Of a stretch of DNA of 64,000 bases, positions 44,074 to 56,470 are shown in pieces. Made by a program: the position numbers and the translations under genes. The stretch's first letter is position 1. Each line of letters begins with the position of its first letter. The DNA comes from Naegleria gruberi (taxonomy: Eukaryota): the NCBI GenBank assembly GCA_000004985.1, contig GG738863.1. One strand, given 5' to 3'. Under the pieces are notes generated by a model that saw only the letters and a list, made by a program, of their open reading frames with translations, was not told the origin of the DNA and ran no database searches.

Positions 44074-45881
44074 GTCGATTGAGTAAAAAGTGAGTTGACT
44101 ATTCAGTTAGATGTAATAGAGAGATTAGAGTGAACGCTGTTAATAACTAGCAGGTTGTTGTTGTTGTATGGTTACTTGTTGTTGTAGTCAGCAAAGGCTT
44201 GATAAAAACGCAACACACGATAAGGCTTAAAGTGGACAGATCAAGGCTACTTTCCGCTAATGTTGTTGTATGAATGCTCAGAGCAGAAGTGAGGGAGCAG
44301 TGTGTTGTTTTTTTTTAAGAACAATCTTGAAAGAAATGTGTAGTGAATTTTGATTGTTGTTTGTTGTTTTTGCATCAAGCGATTCTTCTTGATTTACGAA
44401 GAGCGGCAAGCATGAAAATTACTTTTTGATGGTTTTGGACTTTGTGTGCTTCACGGTCATTTACTTGACAATTGACAGGTAAGCCAATGTGAGCTCTATA
44501 AGGAAGACATCTTCACATATTAACTTCACTCAAGGAATGAAAAACCACATTAAACAATATTCTATCTCTTTTATATTAAATGACAAAGATTCCACTTTTT
44601 CATTTGGAACTATCTTTGTTAATGAGATTTCACATTCAATTGAGTAAAGTTTTATTCGAAACACTTGTAATTCAATAAAATTGAGTTCCATTGTCATTGT
44701 ATTAAATGATTAATTAACAATTAGTACAGACCAAGCATAGTCCCTGCATTCAACATTAAAAGCGAAGAGTCTTTTTCTTACAAAAAATGTGAAAAGGATT
44801 ATTTCACAAATTGTGCGAGTGTCTTTTCAACAAGCTTTGTGTGAATACATGCTTGCTATATTTGGTCTATCTATTCAATAAATTATTTGAAAACATTTTT
44901 CATTGGGGAAATGAGTTGCTTTTTAGTTAAAACTTGCTTTTGAGATTCACTTCCGTATGTGTAAGATTTTGCAGGAAATTTAATAGTGTGAAGTTGTATT
45001 TGTTAAAAAGGTATATCTTCTTTTTAATTTTACTGTAATTCACTTTTGACTACAGTTATTCGAAACTTGTGGAAAGCTTTTAATAAACAAAATTTCACAT
45101 TTTGTAACATATTTGGTGGCCATAAATGTTAATTTGTTGAAATAAAATGGCATTGGTTCATTATTGTCCTTTTGTGGATGTATGCACTCTCTTTGGGATT
45201 TAAAATTGTCAATATTAGAAAGTTGACTTTTACAATGACATTTCTAGTTCGATTTCTTGTATTTTCACCAAACTTGGACAGCACTACAGTATTTAATTGA
45301 AATACAACAATTTCTCAGCCTTAAATTCCATCAACTTTATTGTAATAAAATTTGAATATTCCTAAAATCAACTATTGACCAACTTATTATATTCTATCAC
45401 AATAGTTCCTTTACCAATGAATTATACACAATAATTTAGCACGTATTCCTCCACATTAAATGTTTGTTCTCTGATTAAGTGTATTTTGGCTGAATGCTGC
45501 CAAACTATTCAATATTTCATTTTACCATTTATCCTAAACTTGACAATGTCAAACATCAGATAATGTATAAATGATAAAGTTGAGTGTAAAACTAGCTCCA
45601 TTGAATGAGTTCCTTGAGCAATGATTTTGAATTGGGAGAAAACATTGGATAATTTGGACATGTTTTCAAGGGTTTTGGGCCAATACGAAACAAGTCGATA
45701 TTCCCAAATTAAATACGAAAAATTAGTGAAATTATTGCACGATTATTGGTATCAAGAACCAACTGAAAGAAGTAATATTTTCAGTTATTTCAAGTTATTA
45801 GAAAATATCAAAACAACAAATAGAATGAAAACTTGACATTTTGCTTTTCATTGTAAAAGAATTGAAATTGATTAAAAAAAA

Positions 45882-47741
45882 ATGGACTTGACCAATCTCA
45901 CACCCGATCTCAAATTAAAACTCCTATCAATGCTTTCATCTTTAAATGATGCTGATGATAGTAAAAAGAAAAATCAATCATCTAAAAAATCATCATCCGA
46001 CAACGATTATTATCATCACGAATTCTCACAACAAGATAAATTATTTATTCTTGATTTAATTAATTCTATTCAAAATGATGGTTTCTTTGTGAAAGATGAT
46101 TTTCAAAATGAAGAATTAACTAGTAATACTAAAGATCAATTATTAAATATGAAGAATGAATTAAATCAAGCAGGTATAGGTGAAGGATCAGCTAAATATG
46201 TTAATACTGAATTAAGAGGAGATTTATTTAAATGGTTATCTGATTCCGATGTACCTGATAAAACTCCATTGAAGGAAACTCTTTCAAAATTGAATAATTT
46301 TAGACGTGTATTAAATTATTTATTCGATTTGGAATTAGATAGAAATAGTATTCAAGTTGCTTTTTATACTAATGGAGCTAGATATATTAGACATGCTGAT
46401 GCTTCACCACTTCAATCATCTGATAGAAGATTAACATTTTTATTATATTTCAATAAGGAAATTAATGGTGGATCATTGAAATTATATAGAAAGGAAAGAT
46501 CATTTGATAACGATATTAGAAAACCATATAATTATCAATTTAAGGAAAATGCAGAGAATGAAGCAACAGTTCAACCATTATTTAATAGACTTTTGAGCTT
46601 TTCAAGTGAATATTATCATGAAGTTTTACCATCACTCTCAGATAGATTTTCATTAACAATGTGGATGTATGGGAAAAAGGATGTGTGGAAGCAAATTAAT
46701 GATTTAACACAAAGTACAATATTTATTTCTATTTGTTCATATAGAGATTCTGAGCTACAACACACTATTAATGACATGTTTAAAAAGGCTTATTATCCAA
46801 ATAGATTGCGTGTCGGTATATGTTTACAAGTTGAAGAAAATGATTCAATTAATGATGTATTCGATTATAGAAATCAATCTTACTCTAAACAAATTAAGGA
46901 AATTGTTTTAAATTACAAACAATCACAAGGCCCATGTTTTGCTCGATATTTAATTCAACAAAATTTATATGATCAAGAAGATTATTACTTACAAATTGAT
47001 TCACATATGAGATTTGATGAAGGATGGGATGTTACACTAATCAAACAATTGAAACAAGTTGATGATGGAAGCAAACATTCCATTCTATCTACATATCCAG
47101 TAGGATATGAACAACCAAATCAAATTCCCGAACATGCCAAACCAACAATCATTGTTGCTAAAACATTTTCAAAGGATGATAATGGATTTGAAATGGTTAG
47201 ATTGGGAGCTAAAATTGTTTTGGAAAATCATATTGAAAAACCAATTCCTTCACTATTCTTTGCAGCAGGTTTTGCATTCAGTTTTGGAAAGATTGTAAAA
47301 GAATGCCCCTATAATGAATTACCATTTATTTTCTTTGGTGAGGAAATGTACATGCTTAAAAAATTCATATCTAAAGGATACAAGTTATTCTCACCAACTG
47401 AGCCAATCATTTATCACTTGTGGAAGAGAAGTTATAGAAAGGTATTTTGGGAGTTATCAAATGAATCTATGGAAGCTAAACTAACATTTGATAATTGGAA
47501 TAGTTTTATTGAAAATTTTGGAAAATTAACACAAACTCAAATCATTCAAATTGATGAAAGCACGGCAAAGGAGCACGATTCAGAACAAATCAAAGTTATT
47601 AGACAATCATCTCAAGAAGATGTAATGAATTATCTTGGAATGACATTATCCAATAATGAAACAGATGAATTTTCTGAATATTGTGGAATTGATTTCAAGA
47701 ATCGTACAATCAGTGAGAAAGCTCTCAACGGTGAAATTTGA
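45882..47741 (+). CDS. Fused prolyl 4-hydroxylase (Skp1 PhyA/PHD-like 2OG-Fe(II) oxygenase) and GT-A-fold GlcNAc-transferase-like (Gnt1/GT60-GT27-like, DxH) protein
   Basis: 619-aa single ORF with no signal peptide. The N-terminal domain has the 2OG-oxygenase triad 'RHADAS' (HxD), '...YYHEVLP' (H) and 'RFSLTMWMY' (2OG-binding R). The C-terminal domain starts 'IFISICSYRDSE...' like the GT27/GT60 N-terminal beta-strand. It has 'YYLQIDSHMRFDEGWD', matching the DxH metal-binding motif of polypeptide GalNAc/GlcNAc transferases ('LDAH...GWLEP'). Confidence 0.7.
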   Translation: MDLTNLTPDLKLKLLSMLSSLNDADDSKKKNQSSKKSSSDNDYYHHEFSQQDKLFILDLINSIQNDGFFVKDDFQNEELTSNTKDQLLNMKNELNQAGIGEGSAKYVNTELRGDLFKWLSDSDVPDKTPLKETLSKLNNFRRVLNYLFDLELDRNSIQVAFYTNGARYIRHADASPLQSSDRRLTFLLYFNKEINGGSLKLYRKERSFDNDIRKPYNYQFKENAENEATVQPLFNRLLSFSSEYYHEVLPSLSDRFSLTMWMYGKKDVWKQINDLTQSTIFISICSYRDSELQHTINDMFKKAYYPNRLRVGICLQVEENDSINDVFDYRNQSYSKQIKEIVLNYKQSQGPCFARYLIQQNLYDQEDYYLQIDSHMRFDEGWDVTLIKQLKQVDDGSKHSILSTYPVGYEQPNQIPEHAKPTIIVAKTFSKDDNGFEMVRLGAKIVLENHIEKPIPSLFFAAGFAFSFGKIVKECPYNELPFIFFGEEMYMLKKFISKGYKLFSPTEPIIYHLWKRSYRKVFWELSNESMEAKLTFDNWNSFIENFGKLTQTQIIQIDESTAKEHDSEQIKVIRQSSQEDVMNYLGMTLSNNETDEFSEYCGIDFKNRTISEKALNGEI

Positions 47742-48971
47742 ATGTATCAAACAAATAAATCATTTATGAATTCATATTTTCCGATTTCATATTTAACTTC
47801 TTCAAATTGATAGAAATAATTTCATATTGAATTGTTTTCAACTCATCCAACCTTGCCTTTGAATTTAATCTCAATGATGATGGATAAAATTAAGTAATTT
47901 CCTAATNTAATACATCTTTGTTCTTGGTCCAATCAGCATTTTATGCAACATTTTGATTGAATGGTATTAAAATACATTCATTGTTTGATATGATGTTATT
48001 TTGATTAGCTTCCGAAAATCCGAACTGATAAACATGATGATAGTAGAAGTATGCAATTTTTGTAAGAATGTAGAGAGGATTGAAAATTAGGACAATTAAA
48101 TCGTATTATGAACAGGATCCTCAAATTCATCATCACAAATGCACTGAAAATTGAGATCTACAGTTGACTAGTAACAAGATGCTGCATTCAATCAATTTGT
48201 TTACTTTCTGCGGATTAGAGTTTTTAAAAAATTTTACAATGTGAAATGCCAATAGCGGAGTTGACAGGACATTGATCCAATATGACGTCATGTGCTTCCT
48301 CAAATCCTCCGAATAGAAATAAATTATCCAGACAAGTTTGTTGTATTAGAATTTAATCAAGGCAAACACTTGTCCCACCTCTCATATCCTTAATGAACAG
48401 CAATCAACATTTTAATTGATATGATGATTACAAACACATTAAATAAGGCTATAGGATTCAAATCAATGAGAGCTGGAAGGATTTTCTGTTCTGGTTTGTG
48501 TGCCTCCACTTAATCGCCAAAGTGAATCGGCCAAACACATAACAGTAGTAAGCATCAATTTCGCTATAATAAATCCCTTATTATACTGTACAATGAATTG
48601 ATGCTGCAGACCGAGACCGCAACGAGTTTGTTTTACCATCACTAGAAGTGAATTATGCAGAAATGATCAAGGGTTTTGTTTGGTACAGATAAGGAGAGTA
48701 TTAGTTGTAAGAAGAGTCTCTGAAAGCTCCTTAATATTCGAGAGTAAGCGCCTTTTTATGCTTATTCACAGAGACTCGGAGGTTTATACAAATCCGCATT
48801 TAGAAAAATGGCGAAAAAACAAAGCGCGTCACTGTTACAAGAGAAAGAGTCAAAATCGCTTGCGCTTTGCTCAGAAGAACCACTGTTTACAAAACCATCT
48901 TGTATTAAAGCTCGGATGTTATTGTTCACTTTTAAAAAAAAAGCAACAACACCATCTGTATAACATAAAAA

Positions 48972-50348
48972 ATGAGATCTTCTCTTAAACTCACCAAGAT
49001 CCTCTCCAAGGCTTCTACTCAACAAAGATATTACTCTGCTGAATTAAAGTCAATTTTGGCTGCTCAAATTCCACAAAAGCAAGCCGAACTCAAGGAAATT
49101 AAAGAAAAATTTGGTAATGTCTCCCTCGGTGATACTACTGTTAGAATGGCCTATGAAGGTATGAGAGGTATCAAGGGTTTAGTCACTGAAACTTCTCTCT
49201 TGGATCCTGAAGAAGGTATCAGATTCAGAGGTTACAGCATTCCAGAATGTCAAGAAAAGTTGACAAAGGCTCAAGGTGGTCAAGAACCTCTCCCAGAAGC
49301 TATGTTGTGGTTGTTGTTAACTGGTGAAGTCCCAACTCCTCAACAAACCGAAGGTTTGAGAGCTGACTTGCAACAAAGAGCCCAACAAGTTGATCCAAAA
49401 ACTGTTGAATTCGTTAAATCCATCCCAAATAATCTCCACCCAATGACACAATTCTCTATGGCTATCTTGGCTTTGCAAAAGGACTCTAAGTTTGCTCAAG
49501 CTTATCAAGATGGTGTTCACAAGAGAGAATACTGGATTCATACTTATGAAGATGTTTTGAACTGTATTGCTCGTTTGCCACTTGTTGCTTCTATTATCTA
49601 CAGAAAGACTTATCACAATGGTCAATATATTAAGAGTGATTCATCATTGGATTGGGCTGCCGATTATGCCTCAATGATGGGTTTCGGTGGAAACAAGCAA
49701 ATTGCTGAATTGTTCCGTTTATATTTGTCTATTCACACTGACCATGAAGGTGGTAACGTTTCTGCTCACGCTACTCACCTTGTTGGTTCTGCTCTCTCCG
49801 ATCCATACTTGTCACTCTCTGCTGGTATGAACGGTTTGGCTGGTCCATTGCATGGTTTGGCCAATCAAGAAGTTTTGAAATGGTTGAAGGAAGTTCAAAA
49901 GGATTTGAATGGAAGAGAACCAACTAAGGAAGTTTTAAGACAATTAATTTGGGATACTTTGAATGGTGGACGTGTCGTTCCAGGTTACGGTCACGCTGTT
50001 TTGAGAAAGACTGACCCAAGATATACTTGTCAAAGAGAATTTGCTCAAAAGTACATGAAGGACGATCCATTGTTCAAATTGGTTTCTACTTTATATGAAG
50101 TTGTTCCTGATGTTTTGACTGAACACGGAAAGACCAAGAATCCATGGCCAAACGTTGATGCCCACTCTGGTTGTTTGTTGCAACATTACGGACTCGTTGA
50201 AGAAGATTATTACACTGTCATGTTTGGTGTTTCTCGTGGTATTGGTGTTTTGTCTAGTTTATTGTGGGACAGAGCTTTGGGTCTCCCAATTGAAAGACCA
50301 AAATCTGTGACTACTGAATGGATTAAGAAACACGTCAAGATGAACTAA
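48972..50348 (+). CDS. CIT: Citrate synthase, mitochondrial
   Basis: 458-aa single exon with an N-terminal presequence-like '[15 protein letters not shown]'. Diagnostic citrate synthase segments are '[30 protein letters not shown]', '[12 protein letters not shown]', '[12 protein letters not shown]' and '[16 protein letters not shown]'. Confidence 0.95.
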   Translation: MRSSLKLTKILSKASTQQRYYSAELKSILAAQIPQKQAELKEIKEKFGNVSLGDTTVRMAYEGMRGIKGLVTETSLLDPEEGIRFRGYSIPECQEKLTKAQGGQEPLPEAMLWLLLTGEVPTPQQTEGLRADLQQRAQQVDPKTVEFVKSIPNNLHPMTQFSMAILALQKDSKFAQAYQDGVHKREYWIHTYEDVLNCIARLPLVASIIYRKTYHNGQYIKSDSSLDWAADYASMMGFGGNKQIAELFRLYLSIHTDHEGGNVSAHATHLVGSALSDPYLSLSAGMNGLAGPLHGLANQEVLKWLKEVQKDLNGREPTKEVLRQLIWDTLNGGRVVPGYGHAVLRKTDPRYTCQREFAQKYMKDDPLFKLVSTLYEVVPDVLTEHGKTKNPWPNVDAHSGCLLQHYGLVEEDYYTVMFGVSRGIGVLSSLLWDRALGLPIERPKSVTTEWIKKHVKMN

Positions 50349-50421
50349 ATAAATCTCTAAAATATCTAAGTTATTTGTAATTGCAATTAGCCGATTCTTA
50401 TCAGAAATCAATCGAAAAAAA

Positions 50422-52068
50422 ATGAATATTGCTAGAAGATTAGTTTCAAAGAAAAAGAAGAGGTATCAAGAAGGTGGTTTTGATCTTGGTAAGTGTCAGT
50501 AATCACAAATATTGACAGTTATTATAGATTTGACATATGTAACACCAAATATTATTGCCATGGGTTTTCCGAGTGTTGGTATGTATTTTTACATCATCAT
50601 TATAATTCATCATCATAATTAATTTTAATTCATATCATTATAAAGGAAAGGAAGCATTATTTCGTAATCCAATGGAAGAAGTACAAAGAATGTTAAAAAG
50701 AAATCACGGAGAACATTACAAGGTTTATAATTTATGTTCTGAAAAAACCTATGAACCTTCTTCTTTTGAAGGAAGAGTTGAAAGATTTCCATTTGATGGT
50801 TTGTTTCTAATAATATTATTATTATTAATGTTTATATTAATGTTTATATTTAAATAATTCATTATTGAAACATTGATGAAATTCATTAATTCAGATCATA
50901 ATGCTCCACCATTTGAAATGATGTTACCTTGTTGTCGTTCTATGGATGAATGGTTAAAACAAGATCCAAGAAATGTTGCAATTATTCACTGTAAAGCAGG
51001 TAAAGGTAAAGTACTTGAGTATAATAATATTATAATCAATGCTGAATTTTAAAATCATTTTTACAATAATAATAACATATCTAATATATATATAAATATG
51101 TAAATATATCTAATATATATATAAATATATGTAAATATCTAATATAAATATATATATATATAGGAAGAACTGGTACAATGATATGTGCCTATTTATTATA
51201 TAATGGATCTCATAAAGATCCAATCAATTCAATGGATTTCTATGCAGAATCTAGAACTAGAAATAAGGAAGGTGTAACAATTCCTTCTCAGAGACGTTAT
51301 GTTGAATATTTTAGTGAATATGTTAAAAATGGATTTCAATATCCAAGACCAAATGCAACACTTTATTTAGATTTAATGTTATTATTTAATCCACCTATTT
51401 CTATTTTAGGAGCAAGTTTTAAAATGGAAATTAGAGATAAAGATGGAGAAGTTTTATGTTCATTTAAATATAAATCTAAAAGAGAAAGTGAATCTTTAAT
51501 TACAATTCCATTACAACAAGTTAAAAAAAAGATTCCAATTTGTGGAGATTTAAAAATTTTATTTTATGAAGTTAATTTAACAAAAACTAAATTATTATTC
51601 CATTTATGGTTAAATACTCAATTTATACCACAAAATAATAGTGTAACATTACAAAAAATAGAAATTGATAAAATTAAAAGTAAGAGTACATTCCCAGATG
51701 ATTTTAAATTAGAATTACAATTTTCAGAAACACCAAAAGAAGATTTAGAAAAATTAAAATCACCTAAAAAGGTAACAAGTAGAAATATCAATTCAAGTTC
51801 TAATTTATTAGATCGTTCAAGTTCCTCTTCAACACTTGATATTGAAGAAGATTCAAGTATTGTAATTGATGAAGATGAAGATGAAGATAGAACAACAATT
51901 TCAAATAATTGTGGAAATGAAGAAGTTGATGATGAAATTATTGATTCAACAATTGATTATGATTCTGATAATTCATCTGGATGTGAATATAATGATGGTT
52001 ATCAAGATGAAAATGATTTTATTAATCAATTAGAACAAAAATATAATCAATTAAAATTAAATTGTTAA
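50422..52068 (+). CDS. PTEN: PTEN-like phosphatidylinositol 3-phosphatase (phosphatase + C2 domains with a C-terminal acidic extension), 5 exons
   Basis: Exons are 50422..50488, 50528..50578, 50646..50798, 50895..51005 and 51164..52068, all phase-1 joins. The product '[47 protein letters not shown]...HYKVYNLCSE...FPFD|DHNAPPFEMM...AIIHCKAGKG|RTGTMICAYLL...GVTIPSQRRYVEYFS' is highly similar to human PTEN ('[28 protein letters not shown]', 'HCKAGKGRTG', 'KGVTIPSQRRYVYYYS'). The track ORFs 50672..50857 and 51178..52068 are exons 3 and 5. Confidence 0.85.
51078..51165. repeat. AT-rich tandem repeat (about 30-bp unit, about 3 copies) inside PTEN intron 4
   Basis: 'atatctaatatatatataaatatgtaaat' recurs three times with minor variation immediately upstream of the acceptor TATAG|GA at 51163. 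Confidence 0.5.
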
Positions 52069-52235
52069 CAAAAATATTTGATATATATTTCATGATAATG
52101 ATAAAGATATGATAAAGATATGATGAATGATTATATTTAAATGTACATATGAGAATAAATGATTATTTTAATAATAATAATATTTTTGATATATATTCAA
52201 TAATTATTATAATATTAAAAATAAAATTGAAAAAA

Positions 52236-53291
52236 ATGTCTCAATTAGCATCTTCAAATAATGTTGCAGGAGGAGGTACTGAAAAGAAGGCTATAAAAAA
52301 GCCTTTAAAAAAGGCTTCAACCAAATCATCAAGTCAATCATTGGAAATTAAAAAGAAAACATCAACTAGGAAATCCAAAGCAGCATCAACAACATCTAAT
52401 AATGATCATGATGGGTTTCTTGATACAACAGCAACAACAACAACATCAAATGTAGTTAAAAAACCTGGAACTTGGTGGTTTTGGTATTATAAACAAGCCC
52501 TCGCAACTGGAAGTGAAATTCCTAAATTTACAATTCAAGGAAGAAAAAGTTTATTAGGATTAATATTAGGAAATAGAAATCAATTATCAAGTGATGAATT
52601 AACAAAAAGCCATTGTTTAATTTTCTTTCCAAAGGCTGATCACTCAACTGATCAATTTACAACTTCTTTATTACAATCATTTAAATCATCGGTAGTATTA
52701 TCAAAACAACAAAAGAATATTCATATTTTTATTACTTGTCCAAGTTTGGAAACATTTGATTTGAATACTAAAAATGTTCCATCTGGTATTAATATTTGGG
52801 CAGATTTAAATGGTGAAATTGCAAATTTATTTGGAATGAGACCTTTAATTCAAGATATTAATTTGGATGATTTATTATCTGATGAAAAAAAGAAGAATAC
52901 TTATTCTAAACAAACTATTATTGGAATGTTTTTCACTTTGGATAAAAAGATTGTAAAATCACCTGCTTTTCAACCAAAATTACAAACTGTTACTTTGGAT
53001 ATTATAAAGAGTATTTATGATTTTATGGATAAATCTCAATATAATTTTGCTAAAATTACTAATAAGGATTCATTGGCATCTGATTTGAGTGAAAATGATT
53101 TGAAAACTCTTCATGCAGCTGCCTATAATGATTATCAAAGAGAATTAAAACAAATGGAATCTGATTTGAATCCATCAAAGAAATCTACAAGTAGTAGTAC
53201 TAATAAGAAAAAGACTACAACATCCAAAACCAAATCAATTAACAAGAATACACCAACAAAAGAACCACCCCAACGTTATTCAAAGCTTTGA
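52236..53291 (+). CDS. Hypothetical basic Ser/Thr/Lys-rich protein; the middle region may be thioredoxin-like
   Basis: ATG at 52236 (track ORF 52149 starts on an alternative codon). N- and C-termini are K/S/T-rich. The central 200 aa ('WWFWYYKQALATGSEIPKFTIQGRK...CLIFFPKADHSTDQF...IFITCPSLETFD') are loosely redoxin-like. The fold call is low-confidence. Confidence 0.35.
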   Translation: MSQLASSNNVAGGGTEKKAIKKPLKKASTKSSSQSLEIKKKTSTRKSKAASTTSNNDHDGFLDTTATTTTSNVVKKPGTWWFWYYKQALATGSEIPKFTIQGRKSLLGLILGNRNQLSSDELTKSHCLIFFPKADHSTDQFTTSLLQSFKSSVVLSKQQKNIHIFITCPSLETFDLNTKNVPSGINIWADLNGEIANLFGMRPLIQDINLDDLLSDEKKKNTYSKQTIIGMFFTLDKKIVKSPAFQPKLQTVTLDIIKSIYDFMDKSQYNFAKITNKDSLASDLSENDLKTLHAAAYNDYQRELKQMESDLNPSKKSTSSSTNKKKTTTSKTKSINKNTPTKEPPQRYSKL

Positions 53292-53382
53292 ATTAATTTT
53301 ATTTACATATATATGAATATATAATTATTATTATAATAATAATGAAATTAAGAGGAGGGGTTAAAGGAGGAAGAAATTGAAA

Positions 53383-54291
53383 TTATTCAATTTTAATTTC
53401 ATCAGTATATTCTTGTTTAATCTTTAACAATGGAGAGAGAATATTTGGATTTGAAATTACAGTTTGATCAAAACTGAATTGAGCATTAAAAGAATGATTA
53501 TTCATCAAATCTTTCCAAGCAGATTCTCTAATTGAAAATTCACGTAATAAGTGATCTTCTCCAAATTTATGAAATAATCTAGTTTCAATACATCTAACAC
53601 AAACACCATCAACACGTAAAAAGAATCTCATTAAAACATAAAAACAATGATTCATAACACGAATTTTGACAGTTGAATGTGAAACACCATGATCATGTAA
53701 ATCATCTTCAAATAATACAATTTCATCATAGAATAAAATTGGATCATCTTTTCTTTTTAAAAGTTCATAATCAATTTTTCTTGATGTTTGATTTGCTTGT
53801 TGATTTGTTGTTCCTTTGTAAATTGTTGTAAATGTCCAATCAATTTTATCATCTCTTTCAGATACAATAGTTTCTTCTCCATCAAGTTTCTTATTTGCCC
53901 AAGTATCAGAACAATTTACTTTAATTTTTTGTAAATGTTCAATTTGATTAATTACTTGATTTCTTGCAAATTTAATACAATCTTTTGGAAGATAACTAAA
54001 TTCAAAATTACCATGTTTAATTGATAAATATGAATTAAATGTTTGTTCTGGAAGTGCATAAACATCCAATTCATCTTTTAATTCATCCATTTCTGTTTGA
54101 TTTAAAATTGGTGTTTTTAATGTTTGGAATTTCCATTCATGAAGAGTAAAATTTTCTTCCTGATTTGTTGCATTGGTTGTAAAATTATTTGATGATGAAT
54201 GAATCATTGGAGTTGTAAGATTACTTGATGTTGAAGAGGCTACTTTTTTCATTATGGTTGGGTTGGTGTTTAAAGGAAAACGAGTTGTCAT
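53383..54291 (-). CDS. TIP41: TIP41-like protein (TIPRL; PP2A-family phosphatase regulator)
   Basis: 'DWTFTTIYKGT', 'ILFYDEIVLFEDDLHDHGVSHSTVKIRVMNHCFYVLMRFFLRVDGVCVRCIETRLFH' and 'LLREFSIRES' closely follow human TIPRL: 'DWTYTTDYKGT', '[50 protein letters not shown]', 'MLREYTSRES'. Confidence 0.8.
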   Translation of the reverse strand: MTTRFPLNTNPTIMKKVASSTSSNLTTPMIHSSSNNFTTNATNQEENFTLHEWKFQTLKTPILNQTEMDELKDELDVYALPEQTFNSYLSIKHGNFEFSYLPKDCIKFARNQVINQIEHLQKIKVNCSDTWANKKLDGEETIVSERDDKIDWTFTTIYKGTTNQQANQTSRKIDYELLKRKDDPILFYDEIVLFEDDLHDHGVSHSTVKIRVMNHCFYVLMRFFLRVDGVCVRCIETRLFHKFGEDHLLREFSIRESAWKDLMNNHSFNAQFSFDQTVISNPNILSPLLKIKQEYTDEIKIE

Positions 54292-54534
54292 TTTTTTATA
54301 TTTTTATTGTGTTTGATGATTAATAATATCAAAAGAATCCCGTGATGATGAATCTTGTAGTTGATTAAAGATCAGATTCTGAAACAATCTACAACAAGGT
54401 TATTTGTAGAATTGATTGAATACTAACTTGTAAACTTTTGAAATATATTTAGTCAAGTTCTTCCAGGCCTTTGATCAATTATTATATTAATAATAATATT
54501 TAATATTATTATTTGATTAAAATAGATAAAAAAT

Positions 54535-54825
54535 ATGACTTCAACAACAACCACTAGTACTCCAATAGTTCTTGATAATCAATCTTCATCATCATTATCA
54601 TCAATCTTTTCTGTATTCACACCTGTATTTTCTAAATTATCATCCGTAGTTGTTGTTCCTTTTATTTCGGGTGCTCTTATATCGTTGGGAGAATATTCAG
54701 TCAGAATGATGTATTTACGTTATCAAAAATTATTTAATCCTTCATCAAAATATGATCCAATGGCTACATTTGTTACTAATGGTATACCTTTAAAGAGAAG
54801 AGTAGTAAATAATGAAAAGAAATAA
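54535..54825 (+). CDS. Hypothetical small membrane protein (96 aa)
   Basis: Ser/Thr-rich N-terminus followed by one predicted TM segment 'SSVVVVPFISGALISLG' and a basic tail. ORF only. Confidence 0.3.
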   Translation: MTSTTTTSTPIVLDNQSSSSLSSIFSVFTPVFSKLSSVVVVPFISGALISLGEYSVRMMYLRYQKLFNPSSKYDPMATFVTNGIPLKRRVVNNEKK

Positions 54826-55088
54826 ATTCGGAATAATTGAAATTTTAATATTGAACTGAATCTCTCTAATAATATCAACATCAATAGAAATTGTTTGTCA
54901 ATATCAATCAATATCATAATATAATAATTATTTCACTCAATCATGTTACTGATTTTTGGGAAGGTTTGATATAAAACACAAAATTAACAAACCTCCAAAA
55001 TCCTGTTAAGGTTCATTACAGGTACATATTGAGATATAACGTTTAAACTTTTAAAAAAAAGCCTAGATAACATTTTACTGTATTTATT

Positions 55089-56470
55089 ATGAAAAAACCA
55101 AAAAACCTCAATAACAAGAAGGCTAATAAAAAGCCCTTCAGACAACAACAACAAACCACCACCACCACCTCAACAACAAAAGCCTTATCAGAACTAAACA
55201 CCTCACCATCAATAACAACACCATATAAATATGAAAATGGTGATTCACCCACAACAACACCAACCTTAGTTAATAAGCGTTCAATTCAAGATGATAGCAT
55301 GGTTATATATACAAATAATACAATCAATCAATCACCAATTCCTAACTCAACACCACCTCCTCCTAGTAGTATTATTCACAATGATGGTCAATCAAGTATT
55401 AATCAAAGTATAATGGAAGAAGAATATGATGATTATATTCATATTCCTTCTCAAATTCAAAATATGACATTAAATTCAAGTAATACATCAGATTATGAAT
55501 ATTTTGGATCACCAATGATGACCATGATGAGTACTCCACCTTCAATAGCCTATCAACAAAGATTAGAACATTTACAATTAATTGATGATTCTGATAATAC
55601 TCAATTTTATTCCCCTAATACTCCTTTACCAATTCCATCTTCAACTCCATGCATTCTTAAGAAATTATCAAATCAAAGTTCTATTGAGGGAAATGAAGAT
55701 ATTTCCAATAGTTTTAATGTTTCAAATAATTTGTCATTTAATTCAACTAATAGTACACTAAATTCATCTAGGATAAATGACTCTAGTTTACAATTAGATA
55801 TTTCGCAAATTAATGAAATGTCCAATATACCCAATTCAGTAATTGAACAAAAATTGAAAGAATTAAAACATCAAGTCAATGGAATTCATCATAATTTAAA
55901 ATCATCACCAATACACAAAGTTGATAATCCAACTCATTCACTTAATAAGAATTATACTGCAACTGTAGATACAGATAGATTATTATCATTTCGATCTTCA
56001 ACTAGTAGAAGATCTATGCATGTACATAGAGATGATATATTGAGATATGTGAGAGCAATACAGGATCCAGATGATCAAGTAAGAAAGAGAGCTGTAAGTA
56101 TTTAAATATTATTGATAAATATATACTTAATAATTCATATTAGATTGAAATTGTAAAATTGTTGGATGCAACAATGAAAGCTCCATTACCTGAAAAATCA
56201 AAAAAGAATTCAAATTTCGATCATATTCAAGCTAGAGTTTCACATAATCCAAAAACAATTCCAAAAGAAGAAACCAATACTGATTTATATAGTGATTTTA
56301 AATCTAAATTGAAAATGACAAGGAAAGCAACAAGTAGATTTAGAGAATGTTTTGATAATTCCTCTTCAACTTTATCGCTGGAGCAAAAAACACTTTCAAG
56401 AAGAGAACAAGTTGAATTGGAAAAACAAGAATTTTTAAAAAAATGTCCACGAAAAAGTCATAACAAATAA
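55089..56470 (+). CDS. Hypothetical Ser/Asn/Thr-rich protein, 2 exons
   Basis: Exon 1 is 55089..56093 (GCT|GTAAGT). Exon 2 is 56144..56470 after the acceptor TTAG. The in-frame join is '...DDQVRKRA|IEIVKLLDATMKAPLPEKSKK...'. Low-complexity protein. Confidence 0.4.

Noticed and set aside
44100-45880. 1.8-kb ORF-poor AT-rich interval, including the 71-aa ORF 45621..45836, as a possible hidden gene or upstream exon of the P4H-GT fusion
   Set aside because: There are no splice signals linking it in frame to 45882. No homology is recognisable. The composition is typical of intergenic DNA here. It is left unannotated.
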